Shown: positions 62,001 to 64,000 of the stretch, piece after piece | Position numbering within the stretch: the stretch's first letter is position 1 | How the letters are laid out: the number at the start of each line of letters is the position of its first letter | Source: Clostridia bacterium | Lineage (GTDB): Bacteria > Bacillota > Clostridia > Christensenellales > CAG-1252 | Direction of reading: 5' to 3' | Assembly (NCBI GenBank): GCA_017394805.1 | Contig: JAFPXC010000028.1 | Span: 7,917 to 71,916 of the forward strand | Length of the DNA: 64,000 bases | Position numbers and translations under genes: made by a program | The notes under the pieces: generated by a model | What the model was told of the DNA's origin: nothing | Databases searched by the model: none | The model's input: only the letters and a program-made list of their open reading frames with translations

Positions 62001-64000
62001 GGTGTCGGCGTAGACGGGATCTACCTCGGGTGTGGCGGGATCGTCCACAATCTCTTTGCGGGTGGCGGTGTCTACGGCCAAGAAGTCGATGGCGTGCTTG
62101 CCCGTCTTGAGATTGAGGTTGTTGAGGGTGAGGTCGATGGTGTTACGATTGGTGGGATCGTTCCAATCGTCGCCCTTGTTGTAGTAGAAGATGGCTACCT
62201 TGAGCCCAAGGTTCTGCACGAATGCGGCAGGTACGAGCTCGTGGTTTTCGTTCAACTTGAAGAAGTCGAACTGAATGTCGATGCCGCCGCCCGGCGTGTT
62301 CTCCTCGAGAATGTCCTCGCCGACGATAAGTTCGAAGAGGTTGCGAATGAGCAACTTGTTGGTGACGACGTGAATGCCGCGACGCGAGAAGGTGAACTCG
62401 TCCACGATATCCGTGATAAGCGCGGCGTAGTGGGTACGGCAACTGCCGTCGCATTGCTCGCAATCCTGGGTGCAGATATGCTCGTGCACGTGCGCGGGAT
62501 CGGTGCAACCGCAAACGAGGTGTCCGATCGTACAACGGCAGGACTTCGCACCGCAGAGGAACTCCGCGTGGTCGGCGCCGCCCTCGCCCTCGCAATAGCA
62601 GACGTAGTCGATCACGTTGCCGTAGGCGTCCTTGACGACCTCTTTGACGCAAGTGCCGTGATCTACGCACTCGGGGTTGGTGCAACCGCAAGCCAAGGCC
62701 TTGTGGCAGGCGCAACACTCGGTATCCCTGCCGCGGCAATACATACCGTCGGGACCGCAAGCGGTGATATAGTCACCCGTGGCAACGGCGTATTCCAAGC
62801 AATAGGGATCGGTGCAACCGCAAGCCAAACACACGCAATCGCACCCGGCGTCCTCGCACAACTTGACCCAAGTGGTGCCGATCCGCCTCCAGCAACTGCC
62901 GTTGGCGACGCAAGCGGGATGGGTGCATCCGCAAGCCAGCTCGACGGGCTCGGCGGGCGTCTCTTCGGTGGGCGTTTCCTCTTCCTGCGGCTTGTTGAGC
63001 CCCGCGATGATGCCGCCCAGACTGCCCAACTTGAGGTTGAGCGCCGTCTTGATATTGTACAAGCCGATCATGGGCGCGTCGATATAGATGGCGTTGTCCG
63101 CGCCGACGTAGTACGCGCGCAAGAACAGGACGCGCATCGCTTCGTCGTCGGCCATGCCCTCGATGTACTTGCCGTATTCGGTCATATACACCTTGACCAT
63201 CAAATCGCTCTCGCCCAACTCTTTGAGGTTGATATTGGCGGCCAATTCGATTTCCAAACTGACCTTCATACCGTTCTCGATCTCCAACTTGATGGTGTCG
63301 TTGACGAGGTATTTGAGGGCTTCGGACAGGTTGAGTTCGCCGTCCTTGAAGTCCACGTTGAGGCTGAGGCTACCGCCGAAATAGAGGTATTCGAGTATGA
63401 GTTCCTCACCTTTGGGCATACCGAAGTCGAGAAGCGTGGTGTACTCGGTGACCGTCTGCGTGCGCTCGGGACGAATGTCGCTGTCGCCCAACTTGACCGA
63501 GTCGATGGATAAGTCGATATGCACGTAGCCCGTATGTTGGGCAACCACCAAGCCGCCGTCCAACTCCTCGGCGAACAATTCCATATTGACGCGCACGAAG
63601 CGGTTGGAAAGGCTGACGCCCACGAAGCTGGGATACTCGGGCTCGTCGCGCAAGGTGAAGGGAAGCTCGATGTCGAACTTGGCGAGGAACGCGTCCAAAA
63701 CCTTGGGCAGTAAGTCTTTGTTGAGTACGATATAGAGGCCTTGTTGTTGGAAGGTGCCCGTGGTGTAGGAACCGTCCGCCCACAAGACGTAGTCGATGAT
63801 GGAGCCGGCGAGCTTGGTGTACTTGGTCCAAGCGGCACTCTCCGCGTCGGCGGCCATGGCGGCCTCGGCGTCGGTGCCGAAGACGGAATCCACCAAGGTC
63901 TGGAGATTGACGCCCGTGATGAGCAACTTGTCAATCTCGAGCCAAGGCAGGTCGACGTACAATTCGCCGCGCAGAACGTCCGCGTAGATGCCCGCGAAGA
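44055..64000 (-). CDS. giant protein A (>6,640 aa, N-terminus beyond window): novel two-block supermodules with Cys-knot insertions, junction region, about 16-18 Ig-like repeats, Ig/MBG-like C-terminus
   Basis: The frame is open from 44058 to the window edge. The track start at 63962 is an internal TTG, and upstream codons read …FAGIYADVLRGE with no stop. G/C-ending codon bias matches the neighbours. There is no C-terminal TM or anchor (ends …SASCERQVVVA*). Confidence 0.85.
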   Translation of the reverse strand, partial: FAGIYADVLRGELYVDLPWLEIDKLLITGVNLQTLVDSVFGTDAEAAMAADAESAAWTKYTKLAGSIIDYVLWADGSYTTGTFQQQGLYIVLNKDLLPKVLDAFLAKFDIELPFTLRDEPEYPSFVGVSLSNRFVRVNMELFAEELDGGLVVAQHTGYVHIDLSIDSVKLGDSDIRPERTQTVTEYTTLLDFGMPKGEELILEYLYFGGSLSLNVDFKDGELNLSEALKYLVNDTIKLEIENGMKVSLEIELAANINLKELGESDLMVKVYMTEYGKYIEGMADDEAMRVLFLRAYYVGADNAIYIDAPMIGLYNIKTALNLKLGSLGGIIAGLNKPQEEETPTEETPAEPVELACGCTHPACVANGSCWRRIGTTWVKLCEDAGCDCVCLACGCTDPYCLEYAVATGDYITACGPDGMYCRGRDTECCACHKALACGCTNPECVDHGTCVKEVVKDAYGNVIDYVCYCEGEGGADHAEFLCGAKSCRCTIGHLVCGCTDPAHVHEHICTQDCEQCDGSCRTHYAALITDIVDEFTFSRRGIHVVTNKLLIRNLFELIVGEDILEENTPGGGIDIQFDFFKLNENHELVPAAFVQNLGLKVAIFYYNKGDDWNDPTNRNTIDLTLNNLNLKTGKHAIDFLAVDTATRKEIVDDPATPEVDPVYADTSDYQSLSGFKRITFSVSVEIVESAGTFVVEGVQQESYPYHLDLTEILRAILPSLDAVFGMDTVSFKPDMVFTLDVKGSVDLDNINTSQVFLTVTEGGATNGTVQRRLGYIYYDGLAAEGPTVYVDLPVMNIHQIKYVGLDLNSLFSKETLPCGCGNVLCNANGSCYAADGTRICDGEDCGCSCARLVCGCSCDQCVAAGTYVDGEGNLVTCRDRDGRLLCGAECACHCHDEVAPAPGGDAPVVTVLPCGCEQKACIARGSCVYGCPYCTDSAACHRPEGNKANALRCGCYDPTCVKRGSCYDSCPYCTDKSCAAAEDSKKLFSDSGYTIKAILGAIDTVRLSHEKGFEVYVNASLVAAVINSLGFTLDLDAMKGVSVLSVGIRMSAFDGLGVSLQAGLDDGSAVTQQGPFIRINIGNVGVKLSKEIITLDDEVAAALPYFKRLTFEDNIAISLAGELDIKAIQDGSWDLSGIISTIVGENVDFKLLTAETNDVFELNLMANVSLASIFENGIANVNISNVIKRSKLLVEIVKKTTVAGTTYDELIVSAYLEDGWLYVDFGIFAATPSVKVDVLSLVGDGRIASAADNQQAAELSTSASNPKPQSVTSGRMNFYLEPSEAKPNMPFKVDLKGRAIQSIVIENMNVWGEAGSVPTRIVLNDAEAWGEYFDITTADGVTSIMLLNNERVRALNEDAGGVYYTVTLTTSGGSLAIVTKVGGKFYLNFSGAENIVGSVTSIINSIRLTKDYAGVTMGGDFLMVLDELLGLNFGFYNVGGAEAHVELQTSLVEINRPTYENAVNEAFTYGLKQVNGNLSFTAGASLAAADKLVLRAARTGNEITVSSSDLNEYVRIDGNVLTFLVKGAVADIDTDKYAFTLYEGTTVLTEGYFYKGVFLSAGLDLDLSNLDLGIKLNNYSISLLKEGEDWSAFNMLDKVSDTVVVDETTGVVTTKPSKVLDDTTGVTRIDDGAYLDVLSDLNSLYLALTLDLDLNVSDNDIANLDSVYNVGGSVLGLGDNLSAYLGSLFVNLGLSAYEMNGKYQAEVRVNLKTLDFANFALSDVQVYLKIKRFVYNTTIGDQVIGAAGDWAEVLTIYYDGDRVYFNVNPFIFPNFAVPTMFIPVERSLEYWGLAPDRVAAYAANTPTSIANATAEAGTGFSVAGVLGMMQAVTFGQGKLGIQLASDFIGKAVGMLTDFELSVDIDYLDVDIDLLDGALSLSFGKTSEYTPADDVNKDGNALYKNAVNFATVKVTDTAVSLTDNAVANLPAGVWTIAANYADGTAYTANVTLAAGAANYAVPTDTMRSLIYADGKMPVSYAVTTRTLTLTEGDGTFAYRVEGNRLYFNRYVFQSIKAGAATVTFDGLGVSGALDLMAYYPTITMQVGSDLVTERLGYQGELMYVEHAALTSFASLTSVTLSVAEGEVLYGAELTEAGVNKQFVGFDLRLHTIELGLSLPKKYRTEDDGGEYTVINGRQVYGTGGPYHMAEEYSYTHLGFTDAVLGMDLSEYTEWSTNEITFHAALDLVLNYDTMNTDLLGKFAAPTTEEEISAEWSNLHELADHIKMLILMTTKTDTTITVDFSMKLNTANYDLSEFLFKIYVTGFGQRVGGTVQAITKPIVIYFDGAGSTEDARLYLDLSLLGVAPFYIHFDFVTILKDFVTGFIRDLEYASSNGNVSYNETGLDCGCTCPQCLANGGCTHNDNKLCSAGCTCSHCMLPCGCRDAACVRNGSCYNIRGIRRCDGVTCGCSCAVLECGCNDERCYANNGCIDADGNVICADDPTCHCSHCALSCGCTHPACMEHGSCFDEATGTYLCPEGCDCKCFQQEEEEEEQTTVEKILYYVRMVENLFDGVSIGNDKIFLLLNPNFLNNLFALMAVKTTFSEGLNAYVEINMLRDISDSSVVLHIENVSTDDNGHTGTFLTELKLYDIKAFAYDAMLSRDYLNDTAEELQAKWQVYAEKVYRHYDLFLDDAATKPLADHLTEVTASSTIYVKHAGAAVTNLPATVVLSQDIRPDEAESYRNWRDVTDAQLTFEASLYLRVNGGVDTGVAGGKVLDLTDMLVDILYLDSSKGDNLDVILDSAERDPNWIDACVRIDVGMALNLSDSKATEVRLEIVKEFKDRFGNANDFLLVGIYYTNKNESLYVTVPALDINGIMVDSVDLSTLLSTMVGIDWNDTAGAGDSESTYGRLMSILTDLGLNIDSVKSYITKLTGVADAYTNASLAISLGDSRLGLALNFTLVYLLLDYVDALELADLGVASDILDKVEELLGLDRMEVYFSMGENDPDTNYTVLKDGKLLDSLSLYLGLYFDKHDDQPFGVQLGTTNYDWFGIQIEVGNLSLHLGDSRNPLPKTTYSATYKVIESEHEVEKKLPTYLEMPNPNASNQYRGRTFVNLSDFGDLSKYPNFLQLNAFTLSLGGSLSLDITSPSAGAVNPVVEALEKVVAGMMEFDRDNVNVALRANDVWTYEFSLDANVDFSNWDNTEIRFVLDYYRDNSELSHDNPLLFLGLYYWGKTNSFYLDLSNFGLMKTQVKGLNLTNIMMTMANLDVTDGALKVGAEIFASLLGTSDLSVIINDLIDQYVEDKLFGEKEDSKPFSINTYCGCDNPLCVENGDCYDEDGNLLPGEHHCAHFVDGANLRLTLGTYVRNADKNVRGLDVRVDINTAMIQKLLYIMGIDFELPAETEATVEIKLANGFDRIDLTLLSYHTNAAGERVVTGGVPEKSTLTLAVTKLKIGYNTTGSQAGLLRNYVYDASLTEMAGFSAVNLGGLVGPDNNWSGNVTSALIYAFIDALYPKDLDLSLYLNSSYVGADGAVLHSGEKRANTIKLSRIGAEQTNGKDNVGKMSQFVHGISLDVSGILNKLPNFARYMLNGLYIAQDQFVLDFAIRFAGNSGIGRAIKNVVNINNKLPWPIGFINDWFKEDGTAYDENGNTVTLYKINISKIPSPITIPLDFDTWFKKGISGGLDPKEDISIDDGTKTEFTTDDLAEGLAHPIVGISASLGGGDWVVQDGNVVASLDSGAAYSNITLQLNPKLIGGLGAMIPTLLVNLLNEKLGTNAKVNNISNSTMLYELYDAIYTEIVRNFDFNIVDNSFFNGLINSAIDRVLSGLRDAIGNFLIGLLSQFMPWPNITPDTTCEAIIVLCDEKNRNDEYSMLRKIILRIYTSTIGEYWTLVITNQGIEMSSSVTGESHFNLKGDENDNRRTIIDVFDLDHNKDGVVDYMENLPSMATIDRWNNVPEKAGSTATANTPGGNIQVSWSDAIFQIVPYEYYDGTDDTKGVYYVEGYVLNDVHRVRVEVPATAARLVKYTERENADGSVVRTPVISGANLSFPLRLEAYEVKDFVKNLPSRIEVTFTDGNGEGTYVKSFDGTKGTGNAVVKWDATEISDSFQGGNYTLHLTFGDGKTANYQVDVPVTVNANKLNGVRFISGDTYEESTANLVFGPYDAIELPNKVWAVFGNSQPALYNIRWNVTEAQIVPTYTGAKYYVSATIGNLDVGYYLYEGIKIEITSHTVEDFKLRTASGEYVDLDLTFDPYHVTDGASNVDSKNVDLYPRTLWIKYSDTTDYVETRVEWALANVVNHYSGGTTAATFRVTSDDDDEVKRIQAAGRQAVEVPVTIMDATIETVPYIEGLAGNIDPLYLLYARYDGDDIVDYIEYSETATRLHSVLGHEEFDLTSPSCNYDLLAEFVPALVVYDVDHHRIVDPTNPLDERCYPRTVTITYKNGTTHTFEASVTLGNFALDGGVVWNKGNVSVLYSGGLYQAQLTIGSTAGGYQTIAVPINVIDRTIDSINLSGVRQDYVFNPYLYTDYALNEALYPANGMNLAALLRSDASVRSKVIFAHAAANYYPIQWDLSAINASYKGNEAEGTNAVYNAVAKIGNAVAGYQYVSFPVTVERKVIMSVFDVSSYTFDPYGSVDALDEANYPTELGVRFEDLTTYTFRNVTWDLTELRSIWNYKGGSCNVYAHIGNALGGYQEYRVPVTVLNREIDSFRLNADEVLSFDPYGIDSRFLDTDPRLVASYPTEVEVVYTNETSGTVRVSWDINNVINDYVGYKSRTMAGDVVEHWYKQYVVTAYVGNDMVGYQEYPVGVRVLNREVDSLDPSSVTIDPYSATNLTATVKVKFKDGTTGVMSVEWTNKQYDLYVLGRQVDNSGASIDARIGNALGGYQIYNVSVNVLEKTIDRVFIGNDVIAVLEGGQMKVRDFTYTDDTGDVFFREDCYYEINPLDRSAQLVCVSSRTVSGVKETKYVRYDLPKVVVAHFAEDDTTRNLTVSWDLSAITGADYHGKTFYSEEGDGTTTGAIMSMGTARVGYVDMEFKVIVLDRTVAKDGADRPVIYKSYEDETHNERLYYIVDDDFDATSYPNVLYFYFGNNVNGADSVVSQVVSWEKGEDKAWVSIGNAEYGVQTFEVQVYDISREVSYDSRKSAETERLTALRDSLTSLALTPASESLREDAVSYLNALIDGFGALNTYLEVVEYGKRMVAAEGAETALADWNVRASDLKYDLIDIITVDPYSIVLPEKLTVTIGRAKDKDGFYITSDVCGCDNPACRAEGMCTGEGGCTCWCNARQYVMSVDWTKAQINYNYDTAGVTQYITDVYVGDEVIGFYYVSVFVEMEERKIKAVEKDEFEVDPYVDSPLPTTINVLFENYSGELSVVSNINNAVKVTQEMIDDPTSIVYGRQECLNTNAFFYQGGYYVLTVKVGNRIGGYQDVDMLLHVADRTIVNVTETYRVDGQFTQTITPYSGENGATPQPAGTVGVEYRDGTTGTLSVLWTYANINYHYTGSAAKASVLVGNAQGGYQTMTVNVIVKRMVAEETGHVAMSKPDVEFKYNPYVDSGLMPAYVNVDFGGNNVLFPVDASNFRVKTQNVSYATEYIEATVRVGNVRSGYQWVDVMMPVDDAAVTAIGDKTVTVYPYTSPLTVVNEDGERVLRFAGEYLTLDAFLGDSRVSSKLKVALYDDFAYDYRGTDGIVRVRVKVGNALGGYQAVDREGNPLYINVRVMEEIFSDVDVKSLFTAKVNAGFISPYDVPEMVGSTVDARLGDATTSVTVKAIAFEDALGAKGDLAVIGYNERNVCYVKLQVGTEWGGYQWVYVMDGESRLVLNFADVTVDMTDAAFRAQFATRVDPYTYRLPTTVTVDGVDYRVTFVDAVTGAAVTDADITYSGGDFAMLARIGTALGGYQDYYYTMRVYQKVIVSADLGTIAVNQFNRTFTLPSGSVTVNFMDGTTASFDVAPYVATILAEGNTYAFAETALGSAVTGGWDLSNVDLALTGGTYYGVLYVGNALGGYQAVSVRFKVATKVLDATAPVRYVVSEDASGVTLATLHDVTAGVGEYFTLPTDLWLTMQDGTTLRVNATWHKMSYVASGETVTVEGWTPDDVYAAYKRGVTDFRLYCGVYGQELSIRLTLSALRVVKGDDFAAYYSVRRGSAVGLPTTITQSVYVLTEDGTQSVVSTTFDIVWNVLPRLNITDKYVLSASVDGDGVKWTRTIPVYVYNSYVYTFENFVDEDGNATDGTVSVKVGDDVVADILPAVKVSVLYGTMTYDEIINPSWVLVRSVSSNGVVTEYDQNVAYNNFNIRALEKDARYVFRALTIDKNGDLLVYRDTQADLLVTVVVTDKTDLSEKIDFVGVKTLTLLDGTEAECATGVYGSTKGYVPYVLVDSDVEVYRVTYLNKATGKRYVKTLDGGVMIGDAEPSEAGEYTLTVSLRYVGAVEGADVSIDYVIEKKDIRDLILISRTNRIYREEGGIAQPAAVEAAVSGHLADVRIEYKPVGADDAAYTTDAPSAVGKYTVRVTVVSANYTGVKMDTLTIAKAVNLVFHPVGGAAVSTSVGQDSYVTDSTITGYPMITEDRISVWYYVDGEGVTRVFSVYERVSASLIEGNSRVDIYEARAAIAVDATTGIASVTFVYAGEEVDLFDSYEIDYLVGTTSYAVYRNGSYITQPAGFDVNDPALKPGTYTIKVTVFSVNASASCERQVVVA

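Noticed and set aside
44070-63512. Series of long plus-strand ORFs (964, 1,320, 876, 1,855 and 910 aa) opposite giant A
   Set aside because: Same antisense-shadow artefact as for giant B (absence of sense TTA/CTA/TCA codons). None has a plausible start context, and the sense frame is continuous across all of them.

Overview
High-GC (roughly 60%) chromosomal segment that looks like an endospore-forming Firmicute/Clostridia-type genome (SpoIIE, V-type ATPase, KtrAB, tmRNA); the taxonomy is inference only. Positions 1-24.8 kb hold ordinary genes. These are the start of a V-type ATPase operon (small stalk subunit, I, K, E-partial) with ktrB-ktrA directly upstream. Next comes a minus-strand glycan-utilisation-like operon (six-hairpin-like protein, GH2, a membrane-anchored helical protein, a BaiN/HI0933-type flavoprotein). 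Further genes are a Big_2 + beta-helix lipoprotein, spoIIE, a peptidase S51, another lipoprotein, a YhhN membrane protein, a small acidic protein, a STAS-kinase fusion co-operonic with an HD-domain (p)ppGpp-hydrolase-like protein, tmRNA (ssrA), a DUF6273-like protein and a lipoprotein. Positions 24.8-64 kb (61% of the window) are two tandem minus-strand giant genes. Giant A (44055..>64000, >6,640 aa, N-terminus off-window) has at least 8 copies of a two-block supermodule I cannot assign to a family. It also has five insertions of a Cys-rich knot (CGC-x3-C-x4-G-x-C, 14 copies) and about 16-18 Ig-like repeats carrying a GNxxGGYQ signature. Giant B (24828..43949, 6,373 aa) has a lipobox signal peptide, 14 adhesin-type modules with GLUG-like beta-helix rungs, MBG-like repeats, a C-terminal TM helix and an acidic tail. 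The tail motif is shared collinearly with an unrelated 479-aa protein 17 kb away. Intergenic regions carry two small repeat families (tandem hairpins joined by GWGAAATC linkers, and a CTTAGGGGAT...GGATGACG element), and a 27-bp perfect inverted repeat engulfs the tmRNA 3' end. I saw no CRISPR array, rRNA, tRNA, transposase or integrase. Many long ORFs in the track are codon-aligned antisense shadows of real genes and were rejected. All family assignments are by eye from motifs, since no database search was possible.
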